The translations under genes and the position numbers were made by a program. A stretch of DNA of 39,432 nucleotides, taken from positions 1 through 39,432 of the IMG/VR virus record IMGVR_UViG_3300043765_000024; one strand, given 5' to 3'. This DNA is from a virus. Its lineage: Duplodnaviria; Caudoviricetes. This document shows positions 28,262 through 36,029 of the stretch, piece after piece (position 1 is the first letter of the stretch; every line of letters begins with the position of its first letter). Under the pieces are notes generated by a model, which had not been told where the DNA came from, ran no database searches, and saw only the letters and a list, made by a program, of their open reading frames with translations.

Positions 28262-28410
28262 GGGCGCTCGGCCTCATTGAAGCGAATGAAGCTTCATAGC
28301 GTATAGGGGAGCGGCAGCTTCCTTTCCGAGCGTCCACCGATCCGACCAAAGGGGCTCCGTGCTACCAACACGGGGCCAGATACGAAGACGGGCACCGCAG
28401 GGTGCCCGTC
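28262..28410 (+). ncRNA. Candidate small RNA with a 77-nt tRNA-like 5' domain
   Basis: 10-bp closing stem, two internal hairpins and two downstream hairpins; promoter upstream; no convincing ORF. Confidence 0.5.
28387..28410. terminator. Probable bidirectional terminator
   Basis: GACGGGCACC-GCAG-GGTGCCCGTC, a perfect 10-bp stem just past the sprT stop. Confidence 0.65.
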
Positions 28411-28416
28411 CTCATT

Positions 28417-29049
28417 TCAGCCCAGCTCCTCTTCCATGAGCTCTTCGCACTCGTAGCAGGTCAGCCTGACATCCGGCTTGGCCCAGGCGTTCAGCTCGCA
28501 GCTCGGGCAGGTGTATTTCGTCTTGCTGTCGCGTTTCTTCTTGGCCACCGCCTCGTCGCGCCACAGCTCGACATAGCGCAGCGCGAAGCCTGAGCTGACC
28601 AGCTCGGCGCAGGCGCGGGCGAACGGGCCGCCCGCCAGGATGTAGTGGCTCATCTTCTGCCCGACATCCTTGCCGCCTGGCGCGCCGGTATCGCTGGGTT
28701 CCAGGCCGATGTCGCGCATCATCCTGGCCCACTCCTTGTTGTGGTAGCCGGCGCGCGAGGGCTTGCCGAAATGCGCCTGCTGCAGATGCACCATCTCATG
28801 CACCAGGGTGCTGAGACTGTCCTCCACCGTGCGATCGCGGAAATGCGTCGGGTTCATGGCGATTTCGTCGGTCACCTCAACGCCGTCGATGCTGCCGAAC
28901 CGCTTGCCGGCGAAATAGCCGTAGAAGATGCGGGACCGCTGCAGCGTCACCAGGCAGCGCGGCAGCCGGCCCGCGAATAGCTTGACGTTGAAGAAATCAT
29001 ACGCCGAGCAGAACGCGTTGTAGGTGGTGCGGGTGGGATCGGTGTTCAT
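28417..29049 (-). CDS. SprT-like zinc metalloprotease with a C-terminal zinc ribbon
   Basis: FN.KLF.G.LP, STLVHEMVH (HExxH), YHNKEW, CPSC...CYEC; SD GGAGG. Confidence 0.9.
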   Translation of the reverse strand: MNTDPTRTTYNAFCSAYDFFNVKLFAGRLPRCLVTLQRSRIFYGYFAGKRFGSIDGVEVTDEIAMNPTHFRDRTVEDSLSTLVHEMVHLQQAHFGKPSRAGYHNKEWARMMRDIGLEPSDTGAPGGKDVGQKMSHYILAGGPFARACAELVSSGFALRYVELWRDEAVAKKKRDSKTKYTCPSCELNAWAKPDVRLTCYECEELMEEELG

Positions 29050-29084
29050 CAGTGCCTCCTAAAGTGTTTCGGACGATACAGTAA

Positions 29085-29936
29085 TCAGGCAGCCATCGGC
29101 AAGGCGGGAGCCGCCAGCGGCAGCTCCAGCAGCGATGCCTCCCAAGCGGCGTGCTCGACGTGATCCAGCAGCGGGCGCAGCTCCTGGTGGCGAGCCTCGT
29201 CGCCTGAGCTGGCCGCGATCTTGGCCGCGGCGCGAGCTGCGAAGCGGGCGACGTGACCCTCCCCCTCGGCCCGGTAACGGCCATGGTTCATGGCGACGTT
29301 GGTGCTGTCGGTGGTGTCGAAGGGATACAGATGCGCCATCGACTGGGCGCGCATCAGGTGCAGGCGCGGGCGCAGGTTGCCGCTTTCCTTCTCCCACGCT
29401 GCCAGGGCGGCGAACATGAAACCCACGCGGGCATGCCACTCCGGGCTGCCGACGTTCCAATACTTGCCCGAGCTGCCGACGCCGACATAGCCGAACGAGC
29501 TGCAGAGGTAGAGGAAGTATTCAATGCTCTCGTGCATGTGCCAGATCGGCATCGCGCGATCGGTGGGGAGCTGGGTGATGTTCACCAGCTCGGCATTCTC
29601 CTCCACCGTGCCGCCGATCACGTCAGGGATCACGGCAACCGCCTGCGGGCAGCGGTCGAGGATGTCGAGCGCCCACGCCTCGTAGGCGTCGAGGTAGGCC
29701 TCATCGCGGGTGGAGACGCCTTGCTTGAACATGCTGAAAGCGCCGTTGTCGACCAGCAGGATCTGGTCCTCGCCCACCAGGCGGATGGCGTCCTCCAGCT
29801 GGGAGCCCAGCTTCTCCCTGGTCGCGTAGGAGACGCAGAAGCCTGCGCCGGCCAGCTCGTTGAGCAGGGGGCGGGGGTTCAGCGGGAGCCCGTAAACCGC
29901 CTGCTTGGTCATCTCGAAGTGTGTCTCGTTGGTCAT
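29085..29936 (-). CDS. TGT (tRNA-guanine transglycosylase)/DpdA-fold protein
   Basis: LLVDNGAFS, VIPDVIG, PIWH.HE, VGVGSS, RLHLM and YPFDTTDS motifs in TGT-barrel order; SD AAGGAA. Confidence 0.75.
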   Translation of the reverse strand: MTNETHFEMTKQAVYGLPLNPRPLLNELAGAGFCVSYATREKLGSQLEDAIRLVGEDQILLVDNGAFSMFKQGVSTRDEAYLDAYEAWALDILDRCPQAVAVIPDVIGGTVEENAELVNITQLPTDRAMPIWHMHESIEYFLYLCSSFGYVGVGSSGKYWNVGSPEWHARVGFMFAALAAWEKESGNLRPRLHLMRAQSMAHLYPFDTTDSTNVAMNHGRYRAEGEGHVARFAARAAAKIAASSGDEARHQELRPLLDHVEHAAWEASLLELPLAAPALPMAA

Positions 29937-29950
29937 CGTCTCGTTCCTTG

Positions 29951-29994
29951 GTTATGTATCGAACGATACATAACGATTACCCCCGAGATTTCAA
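29951..29994 (-). promoter_or_regulatory. Promoter and 11-bp inverted-repeat operator of the TGT-like/SprT operon
   Basis: TTGAAA -35 on the minus strand; GTTATGTATCG-AA-CGATACATAAC (29951..29974) overlaps the -10 and start site. Confidence 0.6.
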
Positions 29995-30060
29995 GGCTTG
30001 ACCGTTAAGTCTTGACCAGCTATGGGTGCATGTTTGCCATGCAACAGAAGGGGTATAACG

Positions 30061-30699
30061 ATGACTACCGACGAAAGACTACACGAGAAGCGTGACGCTC
30101 GGATCGCCGCCGGAAGGGAGGCATACGAAGGCTTGCGTAAGCACGAGCATTTCCGCAGCTGGCTGGCGATCGCTGACGCACTCGCGGCGATCAGGGAAGA
30201 GGCGATGGAGCTCGCCCATACGAATAGGCCTCAAGGCCCACCGTATCGGGCGGCGCACAAGCGCATCGTCGAGACGCGCGAGCAGTGGGTGACCACGATC
30301 AATTCGGCCACGCAGACGCACTGCTACTGGCTGGTCGACAACCTGCCGGCGATCATGACCTGGCGCGAGGCGCTGACATTCGAGCAGCGCGATCTGTGGA
30401 ACCATCCGAGCACGATCAAGCGGCAGTTCGAGCGGATGACCAAGGCCAAGGAGGAGAAAGACCCGAACGGGCCGAAGCACCTCACGCCGCTGGAGCAGGC
30501 TAACCTCAAGATCGTCGAGCTGCAGGAGGAGAATGACCGGCTCAAGAAGCAGCTGGCCCGCGGCGACGATGGTTCGCTATTCGATCTGAAGAAAGACACC
30601 GGGCGCATGATCGCCCGCGTGATCAGGGCGACGGTGGGCCGGGACAAGCGGCGCGAGATCTCCAAGCTGCTCGCGCCCGACGAGGCGCAGGCCGGCTAG
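30061..30699 (+). CDS. Hypothetical helical protein with a C-terminal coiled coil
   Basis: SD-like AAGGG; coding-like composition; stop overlaps the convergent gene in CTAG. Confidence 0.8.
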   Translation: MTTDERLHEKRDARIAAGREAYEGLRKHEHFRSWLAIADALAAIREEAMELAHTNRPQGPPYRAAHKRIVETREQWVTTINSATQTHCYWLVDNLPAIMTWREALTFEQRDLWNHPSTIKRQFERMTKAKEEKDPNGPKHLTPLEQANLKIVELQEENDRLKKQLARGDDGSLFDLKKDTGRMIARVIRATVGRDKRREISKLLAPDEAQAG

Positions 30700-31526
30700 A
30701 ACGGTATCTGCTCGTCCGCTACCGCTGCCTCGGACTGATCGGCGAGCTCGGCCTGGCGCTGCTCGGCTCGCTCGATCGCCTGCTCGAACGCCTGGCGCGT
30801 TTCGATCCTGGCATGTGTGATGTGCTGCCTCGCCCGCTCAACCTCGGGCGAGGTCAGCACATGCTCGATCTCGGTTCCGCTGGTGGCGCTCTCGGTGGCC
30901 AGGTCAATCGACCGGATCAGGCCTCCCCAGCTCAGGCCTTTCTGCTTGGGCTCCTCGACCAGCGGCACCTCGGCATTGATCTGCTCGCGCCGGCTCGGCG
31001 GTTTCTCTGGCTCCTCCACCGGCTCGGCCTTGCCGTCGATGTGTAGAGCCTCCTCGGGCACATACATGCCCGATGTGGCGTTCGGCCAGATCGTGCGCAC
31101 TCCCTCGGCCACGCAGCGGCTGCGCAGCATCGCGCGGGGATACTTGTCATACATCTCCCGGCCTTTAAGCTTGGCTTTCGCCACGCGTTCCATGTCCCAG
31201 GAAATGCGGACCTCGCCGCCGACCGGATGCGAGAATGTCGCATCGGCATTGGTGTCGCTCAGGTCATGCCATTGCACCTTGCCGCCAGCCTCCAAGAAGT
31301 CTCTCAACATCGCCTCCGATTTTTTGGCTGGGCTGCCATTGATGATCGAGTAGTCACGAGCTGCCAGCGCCGGGTGTCGTCCCTCGGCGTGACTGATCAT
31401 CATCAGCACAATCGCCTGCTCGGCTGAGCGGATGCCGAATAGGCCAGACTTGGCGATGTGTGCGCCCAGACGTTCCATCTCGGCGAATGACAGGCTGGCA
31501 TTGGCGACAGGCACGAGAGCGTTCAT
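30696..31526 (-). CDS. RecT/Red-beta-like single-strand annealing protein
   Basis: IAKSGLF, KYPRAMLRSR...EGVR..WP...GMY..EE motifs; SSB-like acidic tail DEQIPF. Confidence 0.8.
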   Translation of the reverse strand: MNALVPVANASLSFAEMERLGAHIAKSGLFGIRSAEQAIVLMMISHAEGRHPALAARDYSIINGSPAKKSEAMLRDFLEAGGKVQWHDLSDTNADATFSHPVGGEVRISWDMERVAKAKLKGREMYDKYPRAMLRSRCVAEGVRTIWPNATSGMYVPEEALHIDGKAEPVEEPEKPPSRREQINAEVPLVEEPKQKGLSWGGLIRSIDLATESATSGTEIEHVLTSPEVERARQHITHARIETRQAFEQAIERAEQRQAELADQSEAAVADEQIPF

Positions 31527-31529
31527 CGG

Positions 31530-32006
31530 CTACCTCGTGGTGATCAGGAGGTGAGGCTGGGGATTGCCGAGCTCAGCGCCGGAAATTTTTTCGCCGCGGT
31601 GAAGCAATTTGCCGAGCGCAACGAGATCCGGTCGCATCAGATGGCGCGGGATCAGGTTCATGTCGATGATGTTGGTGCCGGCGCGGTAGCTCAGGCTCGC
31701 GGTGTATGCCGCACGCTCGATCGCCTCGCCGAGCTCGAGTGCCACCAGCATGCGTTCCATCACGATACGATGCACCGCAGCTCGCTTGTTCAGCCGCCGC
31801 GCTCTGGCGGACGCCAGCTCGGCCAGCGTCTCATCGGCCATGATCGTCTCGGCATAGCGGTCGAGCAGCTCCAGCGCATCGGACTGACCCTCGACGGTGT
31901 CGAGCCGCAGCTTGGGATCGATCGCCTGCTCGTCCGAGAGCGCCTCCAGTGCCTGCTGGGCGGCGCTGATCGCCGCCATCAGCCTGCGAGAGCTGGGCGG
32001 TTTCAT
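31530..32006 (-). CDS. Siphovirus gp157-like protein
   Basis: DTVEGQSD, ARRL..RA, IP..LM.PD, GE.I.GAELGN....L.I pattern; next to the annealase. Confidence 0.75.
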   Translation of the reverse strand: MKPPSSRRLMAAISAAQQALEALSDEQAIDPKLRLDTVEGQSDALELLDRYAETIMADETLAELASARARRLNKRAAVHRIVMERMLVALELGEAIERAAYTASLSYRAGTNIIDMNLIPRHLMRPDLVALGKLLHRGEKISGAELGNPQPHLLITTR

Positions 32007-32239
32007 GACGCCTCCAGTGGCCAGGTGATCCCCTTGCCGTGCTGCCATTCCCAGACGGTGTCATCGCCACCGTCGGTGATGATCACCCGGCGGGTGGTGC
32101 CGAGCCGCGCGCCGACATTGCGTGTCAGCCGCTCGGCGACGCGCATCGCCTCCTCGACGGTGACGAAGCGGACCTGGTCCTCCCAGGTGCCATCGGGGAA
32201 ATAACAGTAAACGGAAAATTCGCCTCTAGTCGTCATCAT
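32003..32239 (-). CDS. Hypothetical protein
   Basis: SD GGAGG; EFSV..YFPDG and RVIITDGGD.TV.EW..GKGITWP. Confidence 0.75.
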   Translation of the reverse strand: MMTTRGEFSVYCYFPDGTWEDQVRFVTVEEAMRVAERLTRNVGARLGTTRRVIITDGGDDTVWEWQHGKGITWPLEAS

Positions 32240-32465
32240 CTGCCTCCGGTGGCATGCGCAGCAGCGCGAGCTGGAACCGGATACCGTTGAGCTGTTCATG
32301 CAGCGCATCGACTAAATCACCCGGCTGCCAGCGTGAGTATTTGCTTTCCAGCGGGTGCAGCTCAGGCGCGAGCTGATCCAAGAAATTGTGAATGAGCTCG
32401 GCGATGTGGGTCAGCTGCTCCTCATCGAGCAGCGACCGGTCAATGCTGCTGTCCATGTCACACAT
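32226..32465 (-). CDS. Acidic hypothetical protein (start uncertain)
   Basis: Early gene of the leftward operon; overlaps the next start. Confidence 0.55.
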   Translation of the reverse strand: MCDMDSSIDRSLLDEEQLTHIAELIHNFLDQLAPELHPLESKYSRWQPGDLVDALHEQLNGIRFQLALLRMPPEADDDD

Positions 32466-32601
32466 CTTTAACACTAGACGAGTGGTGACGCTGTGACACA
32501 ATGGTGGATTGGAGGCCCATGTCATGACCCCGATGATCCACGGTCACCTGAATGCTGAGCATGTCGCTGCGTCCCAGCTGCCTCTGCACGAGCACAACAG
32601 T

Positions 32602-32616
32602 GGGACAGGCAGTCCC
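32602..32616. promoter_or_regulatory. Repressor operator in a PL-like promoter
   Basis: GGGAC-AGGCA-GTCCC within the minus-strand TTGACC-N17-CACTGT. Confidence 0.65.
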
Positions 32617-32635
32617 TTAGGTCAACTACGCCATG

Positions 32636-33019
32636 TCAGTGGTCGATTTTGCTCCGTGCTGAACTGCGACCACGTTTTTGCAATGAGCCAGTTGCACCAC
32701 CGGTTCGGACCCCCTGCCGGCGGATCTCCGGATGCGCAGACAGAAGCTTGGCACGCAGCTCTTCATGCAGCCCGTGTGTTTGAGCAGCAAGCAGGTAGTT
32801 TGCGTCGATGCCCAATATGTGGGTCAGCGACATGAGCAGAAAAATCGACGGAGCCCGCCTACCAGTTTCGAGATACTTAATTGTGGATAGGTCGACGCCG
32901 GCCAGGTTGGCGAGCTGCTTGCGGCTGAGCTCTTGCACCTGACGCGCCCAGCGTAATCTGAGCCCGATTTCGCTTGCGGTAGCGTGGCGTTCCTGGCTGA
33001 CCACGGCGCGAGCCATCAT
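32636..33019 (-). CDS. CI-like XRE-family HTH repressor (no peptidase domain)
   Basis: IGLRLRWAR...LSRKQLA.LAGV..STI..LETGRR.PS; divergent from a cro-like gene. Confidence 0.85.
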   Translation of the reverse strand: MMARAVVSQERHATASEIGLRLRWARQVQELSRKQLANLAGVDLSTIKYLETGRRAPSIFLLMSLTHILGIDANYLLAAQTHGLHEELRAKLLSAHPEIRRQGVRTGGATGSLQKRGRSSARSKIDH

Positions 33020-33053
33020 GTTGTATTCATCCCTGTCAGTGGTTCCCAGGATA

Positions 33054-33068
33054 GGGACATATTGTCCC
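33054..33068. promoter_or_regulatory. Operator upstream of the repressor gene
   Basis: GGGAC-ATATT-GTCCC. Confidence 0.65.
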
Positions 33069-33104
33069 CATTGCTAGGTGGTAATGGAAGCGTCATTTAC
33101 ACGC

Positions 33105-33133
33105 TTGACGGGTGACGATAGGTCACTCACCAT
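33105..33133 (+). promoter_or_regulatory. PR-like promoter with operator
   Basis: TTGACG-N17-CACCAT containing GTGAC-GATAG-GTCAC (33112..33126). Confidence 0.65.
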
Positions 33134-33139
33134 CGTGCG

Positions 33140-33355
33140 ATGAACCGGCATCAGCACCGGATCGTCATCGATCGGTTGGGGGGATACGCCACCGTGGCCA
33201 ATCTGCTGAACGTCGAGCCCGAGACATCGAAAAAATGGCTATATCGGGGCATTCCCAGCAGGCACTGGCATCGCATAGCGGCGCTGCTGCCCGACATCAC
33301 CGCGGAGTATCTGGACCGCACCAGGCCGGCGCGATGCAGGCGGCGGCAACGATGA
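33140..33355 (+). CDS. Cro-like regulator
   Basis: VIDRLGG...VA.LL........KW..RGIPSRHW. Confidence 0.8.
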   Translation: MNRHQHRIVIDRLGGYATVANLLNVEPETSKKWLYRGIPSRHWHRIAALLPDITAEYLDRTRPARCRRRQR

Positions 33356-33738
33356 GCAAGCCACCAGACGCGATGACGCTGGACGCAGTGCGGGCGCTGA
33401 ACGCGTTCGGTCTGTCGGTGGCGCGGATCGCCGAGGCGCTGCAGACCAGCAAGGGCAGGGTGTCTGGCCTAATTCGCCGCCATGTGCAGGGCAAGGCACC
33501 ACCACCGCGACCGAAACGAGAAAGACCGCCCAAACCTGCCAGGCTGCCGAAGCCGAAACCGGCCCCACCACCAAAGCCGACCCTGGTGGCGCATGATCCG
33601 GTGAGCGAGCCACGGGCTGGCGGCTGTCACTGGCCAATGTCGAACGGCAAGCCGTGGATGTTCTGTGGTGCGCAGGCCGAGCCCTGCAGCGTTTACTGCT
33701 ATCGCCATCGCCAGCTCGCATCGGCGCGCGCGTCATGA
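33352..33738 (+). CDS. gcrA: GcrA-like transcriptional regulator
   Basis: N-terminal GLS...IA..L..SK..V.G...R, Pro/Lys linker, C-terminal CHWP....FCG......YC.RH. Confidence 0.8.
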   Translation: MSKPPDAMTLDAVRALNAFGLSVARIAEALQTSKGRVSGLIRRHVQGKAPPPRPKRERPPKPARLPKPKPAPPPKPTLVAHDPVSEPRAGGCHWPMSNGKPWMFCGAQAEPCSVYCYRHRQLASARAS

Positions 33739-34133
33739 GCCCGTTCGATCCCGATAGCGGGTTGTGGCGTGACGTGCCGCGCCGGCACGACGAGGACGAT
33801 CTGCAGCGGGCGGTGGTGCAGTATCTGCGCTGGTCGCTGCCGTCGGACGCGACTGCCTGGCATATCCCCAACGGTGGACAGCGCCACTCCAAGGCTGCAG
33901 CTCGCCTGGTGGGGCTCGGCCTGGTCGCGGGGATGCCGGATCTGGAGCTGCTCTACCGCGGTCACAGCATCTTTCTGGAGCTCAAGACCAAGCTGGGCCA
34001 TGCCAGCTCGGTGCAGCGGCAGCAGCATCGCAAGCTGCAGTATTGCGGTGCTGACGTGCTGGTGTGCCGCTCGCTCGATGCGGTCGAGACATGCCTGCGC
34101 GAGCTCGGCGTGCCGCTCAAGGGGCATGTGTGA
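33735..34133 (+). CDS. VRR-NUC / PD-(D/E)xK nuclease
   Basis: EDDLQ, HIPNGG.R, GMPDL, FLELK, S.VQ. Confidence 0.88.
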   Translation: MSPFDPDSGLWRDVPRRHDEDDLQRAVVQYLRWSLPSDATAWHIPNGGQRHSKAAARLVGLGLVAGMPDLELLYRGHSIFLELKTKLGHASSVQRQQHRKLQYCGADVLVCRSLDAVETCLRELGVPLKGHV

Positions 34134-34351
34134 TGACCCAGTGCGTTGACGCTGCGTTAGAGGAACGGATCAAGCGGCATCGGCGTGCTCTCCTGATCTA
34201 CACGCGGAAATGGGGCTGGGTGGTCGCCGAGGGTCCATTTGAGCGCGATGGCGTGTCCCAATACGTCACGCGTCCCAGCAGAGCGAACGTCTGGACGGGC
34301 GACATTCTGGCGATGGCCGAATTGCCGGCGGTGCCAGAGGTGGCGGCATGA
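34130..34351 (+). CDS. Hypothetical protein
   Basis: GTGA and ATGA overlaps. Confidence 0.6.
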   Translation: MMTQCVDAALEERIKRHRRALLIYTRKWGWVVAEGPFERDGVSQYVTRPSRANVWTGDILAMAELPAVPEVAA

Positions 34352-34557
34352 CCTACACAATCCATAACGATCCGCGCCAGGTGCGCATGCCGTGGGCGGC
34401 GCTGCCGCTCGCGGTGCGACGGCGGATCTACCAACTGCGGCACCGGATCAAGCGGGTGAAGAAACCGCAGACGCGTCTCCGACTGGAGATGCAACTGAGC
34501 GAGCTGGAGCAAGACGGGGGAGTGACATGCGAGATGAAGCAACCGAGTTCCATTTAA
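34348..34557 (+). CDS. Basic hypothetical protein
   Basis: SD GAGG; ATGA coupling. Confidence 0.55.
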   Translation: MTYTIHNDPRQVRMPWAALPLAVRRRIYQLRHRIKRVKKPQTRLRLEMQLSELEQDGGVTCEMKQPSSI

Positions 34558-34576
34558 CCGGATACGCCTCCCAGCA

Positions 34577-34783
34577 GTGAGCAAGGACGAGATGCCTGAC
34601 TACACCGGCAGGATCAGGGCTGCCGGCAAGGACAAGATCCGCGGCTGGATGGTGGATCGCTTAGGCTGCCGGATCGTGATTGAGGGCGTGCGGGACACGG
34701 CGGGTGGCGGCTACCTGCTGACCGGCACTGTGGACATACCGGGCTGGCTGGCGCAGCCCGCCGACAAGGAAACGCCAAGATGA
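34577..34783 (+). CDS. Hypothetical protein
   Basis: In the operon; plausible beta-rich sequence. Confidence 0.55.
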   Translation: MSKDEMPDYTGRIRAAGKDKIRGWMVDRLGCRIVIEGVRDTAGGGYLLTGTVDIPGWLAQPADKETPR

Positions 34784-34952
34784 AGGCTTGCAGCGGTCAC
34801 GAGCGACATGAGCACGATATGCGAACGGCCCGCGGGATCAAGCCGCGAGCCGTTCTGGTGTCCATGAGCGATGCTGGAGGCACGCAACAAGGGAGTAACG
34901 CAATCCCGATGTTGCACATGCCTCCCGCGTCGCGCAAGGGAGGTTTTGTGAC

Positions 34953-36029
34953 ATGACGCCGCATATTGCGTGGGCATTCAAGCAACGCAACCTGACACCG
35001 CTGCAGCGGCTGGTGCTGATGGCGATCAGTGAATACGCCAATGGCGATCGGCTCGGTGCGCCGTCGATCAGCACCATTGCCAATGCGATCGAGGCGACGC
35101 GCAAAACCGTGATCGTGGCAGTGCGGTTCCTCAGCGAGGATCGGAAGCTGATCAGCCTGGTGACCGACCCGGCGAAACGGCAGGCATTTTTCAAGCATGT
35201 CGGCATGCCGCTCAACTGCCGCGCGAATGTTTATCGCATCAACCGGCCTGCCGATGGTGTAACTGCTACACCATCCCGAGGTGCCACAAATGGTGTAACC
35301 GCTACACCATCCCGGCGCGCCAATGGTGTAACTGCTACACCATCAGATGGTGTAACCAAGACACCATCTCGCAGGCGGATGGTGAAATTGCTACACCAAG
35401 ATGGTGTAACCAGAACACCAACAGATGGTGTAGCTGCTACACCCGAACCCCTTATTAACCCCTTAATGAACCCCTTAACGCGCGCGACTGCGTCGCACGC
35501 CGGGGCCTCCGCTGCCGCTCCGGCCCCCGAAGCAAGCAAGGAAGATTTTCAAACGGATGAAAAAGGGAAGGAAGCAAGCGGTGCGCCGGCAAAGGCCCCA
35601 GTGATCGGCACAACCAACGGTAGTGCCCCGCCGTCCAATGCGTTCCAGCCGCCAGGTGGACGACGCGACCCTTTCGATCCTGACGCCGGCTCGGTGGTGT
35701 TCCTCGACCGCATGCGGGGCAAGCCGTCCCGGCTCGATGCCCAGCCTGGCGATGTGCTGGTGGCTGATGTGGCGGACGAGGACGACAGCGTCGGCCCCAA
35801 GGCAACCGCGGCGGTGGTGCGCGGGCTCGGACGGCAGATGCGGCATTTCGCCATCCCGCACGGGCCGAAGGATCGTGACCAGCAGATCGCCGAGCTGGAC
35901 ACCAGCGCCATGCCAGGCGTGGCCAAGCCGCAGCAGGCGGTGCGGACACCTGCGGAGCAATACGCGCAGCTCATGGGCTGCTCGGTGGAGGAGGCGATGC
36001 AGCGGATGCCAGCGGTAGCCGATGCTTGA
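34953..36029 (+). CDS. Replication initiator with an N-terminal HTH and an internal origin
   Basis: SD GGAGG; AWAF...L...QRLVL.AI.EYA......PSI.TIA motif; iterons inside the gene as in lambda O. Confidence 0.85.
   Translation: MTPHIAWAFKQRNLTPLQRLVLMAISEYANGDRLGAPSISTIANAIEATRKTVIVAVRFLSEDRKLISLVTDPAKRQAFFKHVGMPLNCRANVYRINRPADGVTATPSRGATNGVTATPSRRANGVTATPSDGVTKTPSRRRMVKLLHQDGVTRTPTDGVAATPEPLINPLMNPLTRATASHAGASAAAPAPEASKEDFQTDEKGKEASGAPAKAPVIGTTNGSAPPSNAFQPPGGRRDPFDPDAGSVVFLDRMRGKPSRLDAQPGDVLVADVADEDDSVGPKATAAVVRGLGRQMRHFAIPHGPKDRDQQIAELDTSAMPGVAKPQQAVRTPAEQYAQLMGCSVEEAMQRMPAVADA
35253..35477. repeat. Putative origin: seven palindromic iterons plus three AACCCCTTA repeats
   Basis: (G/A)ATGGTGT-N7-ACACCATC-like units at 35253, 35289, 35322, 35346, 35378, 35400, 35424; AACCCCTTA at 35446, 35457, 35469. 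Confidence 0.85.

Noticed and set aside
28262-28338. Canonical tRNA or tmRNA gene
   Set aside because: No T-loop or D-loop consensus, no 7-nt anticodon loop with U33, and no tag ORF; kept only as a tRNA-like ncRNA candidate
29951-29974. dif-like attP or telomere-resolution site
   Set aside because: The arms are in TTATG..CATAA order with a 2-nt centre, unlike the 11-6-11 dif layout; there is no protelomerase; an operator is the simpler reading
35253-35444. CRISPR array
   Set aside because: Spacers are 0-13 nt and irregular, the repeats lie in a replication gene, and there are no cas genes; iterons explain it
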